From the sequence record NC_031127.1: 64,000 nt of DNA; one strand, given 5' to 3'. Under the pieces are notes generated by a model. That model saw only the letters and a program-made list of their open reading frames with translations. It was not told where the DNA came from and made no database searches. Every line of letters begins with the position of its first letter. Within the stretch, counting starts at the first letter, position 1. A program made the position numbers and the translations under genes. Below are positions 27,701-36,989 of the stretch, in pieces.

Positions 27701-28839
27701 CCACCACGCCCCTGAACGTAAATCTTCTGGTCGTCCGGGTCGCTGGTTTGTCCGCTCTCAGTCGGTTGGTATTTCATCAGTAACGTGGTCGTGAGCAACA
27801 CTTTCCCGTTCAGGGTCAGCTTGTCCATCCCGAGCGCATTACCTGATGACTCGATACGCAGGGTGTTCGTTCCCGACGTCCACTCCATGAAACGGGTAGT
27901 GGTATCGTTGGCGTCGTAACCTGCGGCCAGAATAACCGCCCCGTTGCTTTTAATCGTAAAGGCTGTATCGGTGAAGGTGATTTCCGATGTTCCGCTTTTC
28001 GACTTGAACAACGACCGGTTGGCAGCAAGTTGCTGAATAAAGACACCGGAGACATCTTTGCACGCCCACTTCTCGATATACTTATCGATATCGCTTTGCT
28101 GGAGCCCCAAGGCGCGGATTTCAGCCGTCAGGGTACGCAAGGTCTTCCCGTAAGCTAAGAACGTGTCTGGGGTCTTCAGGTTCGCAGGATGTGCGTTCGC
28201 TTGTGCGGACGTCGTCCCGTGGGGGTTGTGTGCCGCAATGTGTGCAGGGTAGTTAAAGGTGGTGATTTCCTTTGCTAATCCGGCAACGGTGACTTTCAGT
28301 GCCGCAAGCTTTGCCTTAACGGCATTGTTCGCGGCCTCAGAATCCAGCTCAACGTCATGCACGGCTGACGCCACGTATTTTTTATTCAGCAGGTCATGCC
28401 ATGAAGTGGCAGCCGGTTTAGGGGGGAAGAACGTCGGGCGATTATCAACCTTAAACCAATCTGCATCCACAGGGTTATTCAGGTATTTAATCAGTTCATC
28501 GAGGATGTCAATGAACGGCGAATAGAACGTATCCCCCAACGCTTGACCTACAAAGGTCAAAGACCCACCGATTTTCGGATTGATGAGTTGGATACCGCAC
28601 GCAACAGGTGTGGCCACCGACTCATTCAGTTCTGGCATCTGGTAGGTTATTTCATAATCGACCCCACGGGTAAGCGGGGTCGTACTGCCGGACGCAGTCA
28701 CCACTAAGCTGACTTCGAAGAACGGGCGGTTTTTCAGAATCACCACCCGGTCATCGGTCTTCTCGTTTGTGATGATGCGTTCTTCCTTGAACGCATTTGC
28801 GGGGCTAGTACCCTTCCAGTCGTAAGGATACGAAACCAT
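24760..28839 (-). CDS. Large tail fibre protein (1359 aa)
   Basis: YDWKG..P.N..RPFF..L..G.DY N-terminus, HIAAHNPHGTT, ATTTVKG.AVL and DIGLSQADNTADVNKP..HKH motifs. Confidence 0.8.
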   Translation of the reverse strand: MVSYPYDWKGTSPANAFKEERIITNEKTDDRVVILKNRPFFEVSLVVTASGSTTPLTRGVDYEITYQMPELNESVATPVACGIQLINPKIGGSLTFVGQALGDTFYSPFIDILDELIKYLNNPVDADWFKVDNRPTFFPPKPAATSWHDLLNKKYVASAVHDVELDSEAANNAVKAKLAALKVTVAGLAKEITTFNYPAHIAAHNPHGTTSAQANAHPANLKTPDTFLAYGKTLRTLTAEIRALGLQQSDIDKYIEKWACKDVSGVFIQQLAANRSLFKSKSGTSEITFTDTAFTIKSNGAVILAAGYDANDTTTRFMEWTSGTNTLRIESSGNALGMDKLTLNGKVLLTTTLLMKYQPTESGQTSDPDDQKIYVQGRGGISVTGKGSKADPVKASLTLPSATTTVKGTAVLKSGVGDEVSGVASTPDSLQPYEGKASGYVAKTTMLNSKPMDDGARVMTKSDIGLSQADNTADVNKPVSADQSTAMDGLSDKGHKHTFASLNLPLATNATEGLGRYTDLDDGLSGSKGVTPNVMKRLSDRLDAISDALKSVKTGVSTDFSIIDASTWSVASGRILQVKDLQYFYLRGNDRAEGKVSGSINLETTPMFNWFSPNNTMERNWTPAVKNTAANFDFSAISSKPNFALKATPIGLSANGMGNLSVISLLSKLRLKSYTGTLRLYIVAGGKVTVYLDGQEVGTGNSPFFLEVDVDSAKQSACLGIRADCNDATKAAAMAFEVYDESLPIYRSDVGTPITQLGEFMTPTFGNRHFLYLNMVTQSMYSRAEPQPTNEVSPETALIGVVDVPAGGITTPTVSFPMMRDYGISNEASDHIASLQQHIPAARDWTLTDNLAMLPIGKLRFNSPSALYGEVTAGAETVYGLAQMSRNSTTKKAYMLLETTEQTPQWWFTPSNPKANGAPTFQGGLVYEEYQTNGLFAQPLPALLFASPTLGSVPADYRNRYLRVPLDGVTEPDYGYVNAIATHAGVNTTLPTFESNILYSKTTSLRKNEASAVLGVMDLTTLKAGSPRLAVRYSYNVTLRKLSVFSVYFAGNPNDVDGSLLINELEIQFDVDVRGLMGGFVGLELPPLGGGTSVCSLLGSVAPLDGIGFVEDAYQYLRSLFESYADSGVLPNTSVKNATVVLPAGVFVPDVRYTEYQLVPMGCRSFHASHAGYLPLAFNRDALLQSVHSVDTNGNWFGKPGSSDGTNFLISGMLVEYNLPQSSKVAKLKIVKGTQANAVRQLAIGGQVINVAYASSLGGELGVPVPARRGDLKLQLAYLPGYTSDPLKLEFTYELYDAGGTLLTTITENTVADAMWFVADRYTAKRINPLHMTTRLWNVLQAKMDAERTTDGTDFGQWV

Positions 28840-28849
28840 TTGCTTCTCC

Positions 28850-31800
28850 TTAATCTCTAAATACGATGGCCTTGTAGTTATTGCCTACGAGTTGCAAGTC
28901 CATCCCCACGTAGTTAATCGCGCTCGGTAGACCGTCACCCCATTTCGCGGCAGCGATGTTGTTGGCGATAACGGATTTCTTGAGGTCAATCGCTTGCGAG
29001 TTTCCGGCCAGCCCTTCGTAAACCCGTACCCGGCCCAACTCACTGTAGTTGTTCAGGTAATCGAGTGCCGTGACATACCGATGCTGTGCGTTGAACTGCC
29101 CGGCAGTATAACTCACCATGATTTTTACCGTCTTGTTCAGCGCAGCCCCAACACCGAAATAAATCGGCTTTTCAGGGGTACTGAGAAGCATGGCGACGTC
29201 GATGTCAGCGGCCGCTAAACGGCTTGTGATATCAGTCGTGCTTTTCTCCCCAGTCTCTACCCGTTCAATCACCATCGTTGACGCCACCGTGGAGAGCGTG
29301 ATCGTGTACTTGATGGTATAGTTGAGCAGCTTCACCGTACCGGTAATGACGATGCTAGGCCCGCGATTCAGGCCATACGTCAATCGTGGGTTGAGCCTGT
29401 CAAACGATGATGCTATCGCGTAACGCGACTCGTCGATACCTAACGTGAACGACGGGGTTGCGCCCGCTGCGCCCCAGTTGCCACACAATGCCAGATTGAC
29501 ACGGTTACCCGCAGGACTGTTGACACCTGAAGTGGTAACAGCCAAGGACAAGGTGCGGAAGGCGGCACCTTTCTTGTACGCCAAGAGGTGTAAGAGTCCA
29601 TCACCCGAAACGGTTGTCTCGTCCGGTGTGAAGTTAACACCCACACCATCAGCGTTTGAGATTGGTGTCAGGTTCACCCATCCAGCACGATAGGTCGTGG
29701 TGACTTGGAAACCACCATCAATGGGGTAGCCTGCCGCTAATGCGGTGAGACCATCGATAGCGAACTCTCGCCAATCACTCCCTACGGTGTTTACCGAGCC
29801 TGACCCACCGGCCCACGAAACACCTTCTTTTCCATAAGTGTACCCAAACGCTGCCTGTGTGATAGCGCGTGGCGTATGGGCACTGACGTTCTCCGCATGG
29901 TCAGACAACTCGCGGTAATCGCCCAAACGCGTTACGTTACGGACACTGGCAGAAATGACACTGTCTTCGTCAGTCACGATGTCGCCAATTCGTGTCATCG
30001 TTTCCGATTCGGCGAGATTGGTACTGTCCTTAATGACATAAACCGCAGCATTATCAACGATGTCTACAAAGATACCAAAGGTGGCATCTACATGGCTTGC
30101 CGGGAACAGTTCTGCGACGTTAAACGTGGTTAGGGGCACCGTGTAATCACGACCAACGAAATAGTTGTTCGCTTTGATGGACACCATCCAGCCCGTGATG
30201 GTTACAGCCGCTTGAATCGCACCGTTACCACTCTCACCATAACGCAAGATATCAATCACCGCATTCGGGTCACTGTTATCCTGCACCGCTTCGAGCTTCG
30301 CCACATCTTTCAGTTGTTGAAGCACGTAGGAACCGTCGAGCGCGAGTGTGGCGTCATTCACCAACCCACCGTAGCGAATAAGACCCGCTTTAGCTGTGGT
30401 AGCCGAACCAATACCAAACGCCGCAGCGTCGTGGGTATGGCCGACTTGGGCATACTTCGCAAACTCGGTAGCCTGTGCGGTCGAGACCGGCAGCGCATCA
30501 TCGCTGATGTTCTCCACACTACCCAGATTCAATGTGTACTTGTCGATGGTCACAGACGAAGCCAACGATACCCCGTTGATATACGCACGGGCCTTCTCCA
30601 GTTTCCCGGTAAAGGTTTGCGCCAGCTTCTTAATCAAAGCCGGGGTCGCAGCCAATGTTTGTGAGTCACCAAACTCACTGGTGAGCAGGCGCATGGCCAG
30701 CGTATTCACATCGGTATCAGACGGCGGGAGGAAAGTCAGGATAAACGGTTGGGTTTCAATCCCGTTACCAGTAATACTAACCGTTGGGGTATTGGCACCG
30801 TAATAGATACCGTCACCCCCACCGCTGTTCCCCGGTAGGTACTGACCGACTGTCGTTGGATCGAGTAAGATTTTGTTGTTCCACCGCAGACCACGCGAGT
30901 CGGGGTAGAGTACAAACGTATTCGCCCCGGCAGTAAACGTAATCGGTTGGTTACCGGCAGACACACGGATGTTGTCACGCGCTAACGCCCGAACCGCTTT
31001 ATCGTCAACCTGCAAATTCGTACCTACACCATTTGACTCAGCGTCTTTTGATGAGGTTACAGATGACAGACCCGGTAACATGGTAAAGGTACCGGTAATC
31101 GTCCGGTCAGCACCGGTACGCAACATCTTGTCTGTGAAGTCTGAGGCTTTCGCACTGAGGCCATTCACATACGTGGCTAATTGCGCCTGTGTACGCCCGT
31201 AGACGAGAGTTGCATCGTCAGCAATACCGTTCTTCTCAATCGCACGCATACGCCCGTAGGAATCGTCACCGTGCGGATTGTTCTTATCAGTGACGTGTGC
31301 AATCGCCGGAGAGGTGCGATACAGCTTATCGACCAACTCGTGATACTTTTTGAGGATGGTTAAGACATCGCTGCCGTCGGAATCGGTGGGGACTTGGGCA
31401 AGCTTTTTACCGATGGCCGCGATGGCGTTCATCAGTTCACGTTCGCCTTTCCAATTTTCCCAATCGAACTGGATATCCACTGGCGGGAAATACACATCCC
31501 CAATGACCATCTCCCACTGACACTCGGACGGGAACACATCTTTATTCCGGTCACGCTCGGCATTAACCTGCGCAGTGCTTCCGACACCGATACCTACCGC
31601 GTGGTAATCCAATGTGAAGTTCTGCGTGTAATTTGGGTTGATTATCCAAACCATGCCGTGGGTGGAACGCCCTGTCCGCTGCATAGAGGTCATATACGGA
31701 TGAGTGATGACGTAGTCCGAGGCCAGCTTTAAAACTTTACCAGCACTTTTGACGACCAACGAACCGGTGTAAAAAGGGCCATTCTTCGGGACCAGCATGC

Positions 31801-31885
31801 GGTACTTCGTACCAATGACGGTTCCCGGCTCACCGGTAATTTTATTACCCGGTAATTTTTGATGCGGGTCAAAGACGACAGCCAT
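28850..31885 (-). CDS. Large tail fibre protein (1011 aa)
   Basis: FDP....P.N..PKNGPFY..L..SDY N-terminus, HVTDKNNPHG, LGSVENISDDALP..HTH and ATTAKAGLI motifs. Confidence 0.8.
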   Translation of the reverse strand: MAVVFDPHQKLPGNKITGEPGTVIGTKYRMLVPKNGPFYTGSLVVKSAGKVLKLASDYVITHPYMTSMQRTGRSTHGMVWIINPNYTQNFTLDYHAVGIGVGSTAQVNAERDRNKDVFPSECQWEMVIGDVYFPPVDIQFDWENWKGERELMNAIAAIGKKLAQVPTDSDGSDVLTILKKYHELVDKLYRTSPAIAHVTDKNNPHGDDSYGRMRAIEKNGIADDATLVYGRTQAQLATYVNGLSAKASDFTDKMLRTGADRTITGTFTMLPGLSSVTSSKDAESNGVGTNLQVDDKAVRALARDNIRVSAGNQPITFTAGANTFVLYPDSRGLRWNNKILLDPTTVGQYLPGNSGGGDGIYYGANTPTVSITGNGIETQPFILTFLPPSDTDVNTLAMRLLTSEFGDSQTLAATPALIKKLAQTFTGKLEKARAYINGVSLASSVTIDKYTLNLGSVENISDDALPVSTAQATEFAKYAQVGHTHDAAAFGIGSATTAKAGLIRYGGLVNDATLALDGSYVLQQLKDVAKLEAVQDNSDPNAVIDILRYGESGNGAIQAAVTITGWMVSIKANNYFVGRDYTVPLTTFNVAELFPASHVDATFGIFVDIVDNAAVYVIKDSTNLAESETMTRIGDIVTDEDSVISASVRNVTRLGDYRELSDHAENVSAHTPRAITQAAFGYTYGKEGVSWAGGSGSVNTVGSDWREFAIDGLTALAAGYPIDGGFQVTTTYRAGWVNLTPISNADGVGVNFTPDETTVSGDGLLHLLAYKKGAAFRTLSLAVTTSGVNSPAGNRVNLALCGNWGAAGATPSFTLGIDESRYAIASSFDRLNPRLTYGLNRGPSIVITGTVKLLNYTIKYTITLSTVASTMVIERVETGEKSTTDITSRLAAADIDVAMLLSTPEKPIYFGVGAALNKTVKIMVSYTAGQFNAQHRYVTALDYLNNYSELGRVRVYEGLAGNSQAIDLKKSVIANNIAAAKWGDGLPSAINYVGMDLQLVGNNYKAIVFRD

Positions 31886-31951
31886 TTTCTACTCCTTAAT
31901 ATCCAAGTCGTCGAGTTCATACTATGACCTGAACCCTTAGAGGAATCGCTT

Positions 31952-33211
31952 GTGGATGCTATTTATCAAGTGCGGGGCGACTGTGCATTTGGCTTCTCCA
32001 GAGACACCCGGACTTGGGTTGCCATCGACGTTTCCCAGCCATTAAAAACACTCTGTGGGAATTACCACACCTTTGAAGTGGGGTTAGAATCCCTCGGACA
32101 CGAGTTTACCTTATTCAGTCTGTATTACTTAGGCGAACTCCAGCAGCGTTCTGATACGTTGCAAGACTGGTTAAACACCAAAGCAGGGGTAAGCTTAGCC
32201 TTGCTGAAAGATGGGCTGCCTAAGCTCGAATTCGTAGAAGGCCATTACCAGTGCCTGAATGCGCCTGTGGGGCCGGAAGCCTACTTGTGCCCACCGAACT
32301 ACCACTACAGTCAAGACTTTGCGTTAGACGACGCCAGCGACATGGTCGTGCTGGCAACCGGGGACGATCGTCAGACACTGGCTACCAATGCGTTGTTCAA
32401 CATAAACGGCCAATGGGTACCACACAAACAAGACAGTGTCGGTGTTCGCTTACCGGGCGCGGGTAATATTGTTCGTCGTAGTGGGCAGTCTGATATCGGC
32501 TGTTGGTTCTTTGATGATATTGGGTCTGTTGAAACCTACCCGATGAAAGACCTGACCCTTACTAAGTTGGATACGACACGCGACTACCACTCCACTCTGA
32601 TGGTGTCTCTCCCAACGAGCATTACTGGGAAAACCGTCGGGTATGTGATTGGTGGTATCCTGTACTGGTTGAAGCCAGAGTTCTATTTCAGTGACAAAGC
32701 CATTATGTTGAGTCTGCCGAACATGAGCCTGATTAAAACCATCATGGAAACCCGTGAGTATTACGACTGGGAGAAAATCGGCATCGGTGATTTGTCCACC
32801 CCGACCTCCGTGAATGCGCTCAAGAACCCAGAGAACTTCAAAGCGTTACTCCAGCACGAATCCAGTTTCATCGTGTTGGTCGATAACCCGTATTTGGAGT
32901 TTGAAGAACTTGGTCTCAATCACGGTGCGTCGTATGGTCGTTTCCACTTGCGTGACCCGAATGACATTGACAGCGAAAAGCCTCTTGGCCCGCTGTTCAA
33001 CCAATTCGGTAAATGCGTCGGTTACTGGCCAACGTGGGAAGACGGGGAGTGGACATTCCACACCGGGGAACTGACTCGACCTAATTGGCTGTTTAACCGC
33101 AGCAAGTGGCAGAACCAAAGTCTGGTAAATGATGCCATCCCGATTCACAGCTACCAGCCGTACCGCGTCATCAATGCGCACATGAAGCGCGTCAAGGCAC
33201 GAAAAAAATAA
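31952..33211 (+). CDS. Probable virion structural protein
   Basis: 419 aa, GTG start with SD agagga, divergent from the fibre operon. Structural role inferred from context only. Confidence 0.6.
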   Translation: MDAIYQVRGDCAFGFSRDTRTWVAIDVSQPLKTLCGNYHTFEVGLESLGHEFTLFSLYYLGELQQRSDTLQDWLNTKAGVSLALLKDGLPKLEFVEGHYQCLNAPVGPEAYLCPPNYHYSQDFALDDASDMVVLATGDDRQTLATNALFNINGQWVPHKQDSVGVRLPGAGNIVRRSGQSDIGCWFFDDIGSVETYPMKDLTLTKLDTTRDYHSTLMVSLPTSITGKTVGYVIGGILYWLKPEFYFSDKAIMLSLPNMSLIKTIMETREYYDWEKIGIGDLSTPTSVNALKNPENFKALLQHESSFIVLVDNPYLEFEELGLNHGASYGRFHLRDPNDIDSEKPLGPLFNQFGKCVGYWPTWEDGEWTFHTGELTRPNWLFNRSKWQNQSLVNDAIPIHSYQPYRVINAHMKRVKARKK

Positions 33212-33258
33212 CCTGTCTACCTCTCCTTCACGGGAGAGGTAGTGGTTTTACTTTTTTT
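33202..33258. terminator. Bidirectional intrinsic terminator
   Basis: ctacctctcc-ttcacg-ggagaggtag with flanking A- and T-tracts, between convergent genes. Confidence 0.85.
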
Positions 33259-33260
33259 GC

Positions 33261-33470
33261 TTATTCAGCTTTGTAGACGATGGCGCTACCGTGCTGGGTG
33301 TTGTTGCCGGAGATACCGACCACCTTGAAGGCATCGCCGCCTGCTTCTTCGGCTTTCTTAGCCAGCGCGGCAGTTACGTCATCAACAGTCGAACCGGTAG
33401 CGCTGACGTTACCGATTTTCTTGTAGTTGGACGGAATGGTTTCTGCGCTTGCGAACTCTTTAATGCTCAT
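33261..33470 (-). CDS. DUF1471 (YdgH/BhsA/McbA-like) domain protein without signal peptide
   Basis: KIGNVSATGSTVDD..AALAKKAEEAGGDAFKV..NNTQHGSAIVYK matches the family pattern. SD agagga sits directly before the ATG. Confidence 0.85.
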   Translation of the reverse strand: MSIKEFASAETIPSNYKKIGNVSATGSTVDDVTAALAKKAEEAGGDAFKVVGISGNNTQHGSAIVYKAE

Positions 33471-33531
33471 TACAAAATCCTCTTTCTGATTAAAGGCACA
33501 ATGCCATGTAGCATAATAACAGGCCAGAACG

Positions 33532-33566
33532 TAAAAAGAAAAGAACCCTACTCCGAAGAGTAGGGG
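33532..33566 (-). terminator. Intrinsic terminator
   Basis: Minus strand reads cccctactc-ttcg-gagtagggt followed by ucuuuucuuuuu. Confidence 0.8.
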
Positions 33567-33722
33567 TTTCCCATGGCTTTAATTTAGACCGAGGTCTGCC
33601 ATGCCTATTGTGAACATCTTCAAATTAGCGCGGAAAAAAGTGGCTGCTTAACAAGACGGGGTTTAATGTCGTCGAGTATTCGACAGCTATGACGTTTGTC
33701 ATAATAGACAGGTGTCTTGTAA

Positions 33723-34670
33723 TTAATGTGGTTTAGACACATCTTTACCGTCACCTTGTTCGGTGTGCGTGTGGACAGAGAACGTGATGTTGGCAATCTT
33801 CGCATCACTCACAGTGAACATACCTACACCTTCACCCGTGCCGCCATACAGGAAGTCTTTCCCGACTTCGACATTGCCGGTGAATTTGGACTTCGGTGAG
33901 TCAACCAACCAGTCTTGCGTTTTGAACGTGGCCGACTTACCAGCGGTCACATCCCAGACATCACACTTCCCTTTAATGAGTTTCGATTCCATGTTTATCG
34001 ATTTCTTCGAGAACATGAAGATGTCTTCTTTGTTCATGTTGATTTTCGATAGCATGGCATTCTCAAACCCAAGGTCATACTCCAGTGAGTTCATGTAATA
34101 CTGGTTCCCGAGGTGGTCACGGCATATCCACGTACCGTCGCGGGTGTTGAACTGATGGATGTAAGCGGCCTTCTCTCCGTTCATCATCGAGGTGCGCAAG
34201 GTGATGTGTCCGTCCATCGGTGAATAGTTCACGACGTAGGCGTTCGACAGGTCATCTGCCATCATGTTGTTCGGGTCGGCCGAGAAGGCGAAGATAGCAT
34301 CCTCTAATCTCTTCACGTTTGCCGTGTTCAGGTCAACCCAAAAGAAGATGTCCGTTTCACCCAAACGGTAAATGAGCACTTGGTCTTCTTTGCGGACGTT
34401 CGGGGAGTTGACCCGGTTGGAGTTGAACCTCCACCACCGGGCGGTAATGGTGTTCCCCTCTTTAACTTTTAAGTTGTCAGTTGCGGTGCCCGTGGAGTGG
34501 GATTTTTCTGTTTCCATCTCTTGGACAGCAACCTTGGTCGGTTCCATGAAGCTGACTTCAATGGGAATGATTCTCACGATATCGGTTTTCCGAGCTTTGT
34601 CTTCGGCAACGATACCCAGAGAATAGAAATGGACTTGAGACTTTTCCACGTTTACCTCCTCGGTTCTCAT
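33723..34670 (-). CDS. Putative baseplate central spike (gpV/gp138-like)
   Basis: OB-like N-terminus, beta-helix-like repeats, and C-terminal ITFSVHTHTEQGDG with the HxH metal-binding apex of contractile-tail spikes. Confidence 0.75.
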   Translation of the reverse strand: MRTEEVNVEKSQVHFYSLGIVAEDKARKTDIVRIIPIEVSFMEPTKVAVQEMETEKSHSTGTATDNLKVKEGNTITARWWRFNSNRVNSPNVRKEDQVLIYRLGETDIFFWVDLNTANVKRLEDAIFAFSADPNNMMADDLSNAYVVNYSPMDGHITLRTSMMNGEKAAYIHQFNTRDGTWICRDHLGNQYYMNSLEYDLGFENAMLSKINMNKEDIFMFSKKSINMESKLIKGKCDVWDVTAGKSATFKTQDWLVDSPKSKFTGNVEVGKDFLYGGTGEGVGMFTVSDAKIANITFSVHTHTEQGDGKDVSKPH

Positions 34671-34932
34671 ATTACCCCTTTTTTACGTCTGATCCGTTTG
34701 ATGTGTCGAAGGGAAACCGTCGGGGGAAAGGGGGGATCTGTGTGAGGATTGCATAGATCAACGGAGGTAGCGTCCCTGCTACCGACACCCTTTATTCTTT
34801 TTGTCTTGACCTTGCCCTATTCTTTTTTACACCAGTGGGCAGTCGTATGGCATTGAGCCATACGGATACCGTTTTCGTTTCCCGATTAGGGGTCGTCGGT
34901 TATCCTTTCTTCCTTTTTCAGAGGTATTAGAA

Positions 34933-35640
34933 ATGAGCAGAATCAATTACAACTTCGACTTTAAGCTGGGTGCTAAGTTATTAGAAGAGAACGTCCTTCG
35001 TGCCCCGAATTCCCACTGGCGGCTAAAGTTCGGTAAGCTCCTGTCCGAATCCGGGTTACGTGCGATTGCCTCACCGTACTACCAGATAGACGAACTTGTG
35101 TCGGTGGTGCCATGCGAAGACCGTGAGGGGGGTGCGCTAATTCTCGAACTCAACAACAACGAGTACCTCCGGCAGTTAGAGAACCACTACGCGAAAATGC
35201 TCATGACTGCGTACGATGTCACGGATAAGAAAGTCTCGGTTGGGAATATGCAATCCAAAGTCATTATCCGACAGCACGGCAACTCTAACACGGCTGTTGT
35301 GCTTGAGCTGTGGGTTAGCGGTAACATTAATGACGGGCACCCACAAGGCGTGAAGCCGTTTACGGAGTGCTTTGTGTTTGAAGCGTCTATGGAACGCGAT
35401 CCGTACCCGACCGGGACAACCGACTTTGGTACCGACGAAGAACGTATTCCTGATGTACAGGAGCGCAGCATCAACTCGCCGGTCTATCTGGTACAGGCCC
35501 AAAACGTGAAAACCATCTTTGGCGTGGGGGCAAAAGAAAACCCGGAACGCATTTACGTGATGGCCCGTTGGGCAGGTTGGAGTGAAGTGAAATTCTACGG
35601 CGGTCAGGTTCTCCTGATAGCGAAGCTGTCTATCGGTTAA
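34933..35640 (+). CDS. Hypothetical protein (paralog family with 35749 and 36384)
   Basis: 235 aa with SD gagg. C-terminal A...GW...G.Q..LI motif. Confidence 0.75.
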   Translation: MSRINYNFDFKLGAKLLEENVLRAPNSHWRLKFGKLLSESGLRAIASPYYQIDELVSVVPCEDREGGALILELNNNEYLRQLENHYAKMLMTAYDVTDKKVSVGNMQSKVIIRQHGNSNTAVVLELWVSGNINDGHPQGVKPFTECFVFEASMERDPYPTGTTDFGTDEERIPDVQERSINSPVYLVQAQNVKTIFGVGAKENPERIYVMARWAGWSEVKFYGGQVLLIAKLSIG

Positions 35641-35644
35641 CCTT

Positions 35645-35678
35645 GTGGGGCTTCGGCCCCACTCTGATTATATTTTTT
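35645..35678 (+). terminator. Intrinsic terminator
   Basis: gtggggc-ttcg-gccccac with a T-rich tail shortly downstream. Confidence 0.7.
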
Positions 35679-35704
35679 CTCAGATATATATTACTTAGGT
35701 GAGA
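35678..35704 (+). promoter_or_regulatory. Phage early promoter motif (TATATTAC core)
   Basis: tctcagatatatattacttaggtgaga is 26/27 identical to 38745..38771. TATATTAC is the reported phiKZ early-promoter core. Confidence 0.8.
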
Positions 35705-35748
35705 TTGCATTCGTAATCTTTAATCTATTGACTTTCGAGGAATTCATT

Positions 35749-36366
35749 ATGCCTAAAATTACCATGATGCACATCGCCCTTAATGCACTGCGCGGTACCC
35801 AGCGTATCGAGTCGTTAACTTATCCACTTTTGGACACCGCCGCTCGTATCTTCGGTACGGGAATGGTGTATCAACACGACTGGGTGGGTAACGACAAACG
35901 TGAAGAAGTGTACGACACCGACAGCGAACATTGCCGTCAACTTCGTGAACTACTTCGTACTGCCGCAGAAGAAACCGGACTGAATACGCTGCTGCCTAAC
36001 GGTAAGGTGACTGTCCATGTGTCAGATAGTAAGGACATGCCTGACTACGAACCCGTGATACATTTGGATTGTATTCGCGTCTCTGTAGTGGTTTATAACG
36101 ACACTGATACCGTGTCTTTTAATACCATCATGCGGCCTGCGGAAGGTGTTGAAGTGACAACACGCGAACTGGAATGGGATCGTAAACCGTTCCCTTGTCC
36201 GGGAGACGCCACCACTCAGCGCCCAGTTTTACTGTTAGAGCATCATGACCTCATCGCCATGACAACCACCGAAACCAGCTTTAATGAGTTCATCAAGACC
36301 GCCGTGGATAAAGGTTGGCAAAACATCCAACGCTACGGTCAGCAAATTGTATTAATCAAACACTAG
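35749..36366 (+). CDS. Hypothetical protein (paralog family)
   Basis: Start reassigned to ATG 35749 (SD gagg). Ends AVDKGWQNIQRYGQQIVLI. Confidence 0.75.
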   Translation: MPKITMMHIALNALRGTQRIESLTYPLLDTAARIFGTGMVYQHDWVGNDKREEVYDTDSEHCRQLRELLRTAAEETGLNTLLPNGKVTVHVSDSKDMPDYEPVIHLDCIRVSVVVYNDTDTVSFNTIMRPAEGVEVTTRELEWDRKPFPCPGDATTQRPVLLLEHHDLIAMTTTETSFNEFIKTAVDKGWQNIQRYGQQIVLIKH

Positions 36367-36383
36367 ACTATCGAGGATTAACC

Positions 36384-36989
36384 ATGTGCCAATTTCCAGA
36401 TGTAAACGATATTCTCAACGACCTTGAACGGGGTGCGGATGAAGTAGAGTACGCGGAGATTGCCCGCCTGCTTCCGAATGACACTTCCGATTTGTACGAG
36501 GTGGTTGAGCCGCGTAACGTGTTGTCGGTGAAGATTATCCGTGCACAAAGCGCTGGGTTTTCAAAGAACCTGCTCGGTGGGTTGTACGAAGCGATAAGCC
36601 GTAACAAACTTATCAGCAGTGCGCAGCTCAAAGTCGAAGCCACGACGATGCGCATTCGCCGTTACCGTCGTACTGTGCGGGTGCCGGGGGTGTCACTGTA
36701 TTACAAACCCAACATCTTCCCGGATGATAAAGGGCCGATTGAGATTCACCTTGTGTTACGGGACGGGTGGGAAGATACGTGGTTGGCTGTGGAACATGAC
36801 AAGTTCCCTTGTGCCGACGACGTAACACCTAACGAGCCGATGCGTCTGCTGGGAGCCAATGAACTACGTGCCATTTGCAGTGCGTTGATTCCTCGTGAAC
36901 ACCACGCGAAAGTGGTGGCGGATTTAGCGGTACAGTACGGCTGGCGTCGCGGGGTTCCCGCGGGTAATCAAGTGTGCTTAATCGGATGA
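36384..36989 (+). CDS. Hypothetical protein (paralog family)
   Basis: Start reassigned to ATG 36384 (SD gagga). Ends AVQYGW....GNQVCLI. Confidence 0.75.
   Translation: MCQFPDVNDILNDLERGADEVEYAEIARLLPNDTSDLYEVVEPRNVLSVKIIRAQSAGFSKNLLGGLYEAISRNKLISSAQLKVEATTMRIRRYRRTVRVPGVSLYYKPNIFPDDKGPIEIHLVLRDGWEDTWLAVEHDKFPCADDVTPNEPMRLLGANELRAICSALIPREHHAKVVADLAVQYGWRRGVPAGNQVCLIG

Noticed and set aside
1-34670. Late promoters (TATG consensus) ahead of structural genes
   Set aside because: A 4-nt motif cannot be distinguished from chance by sequence alone.
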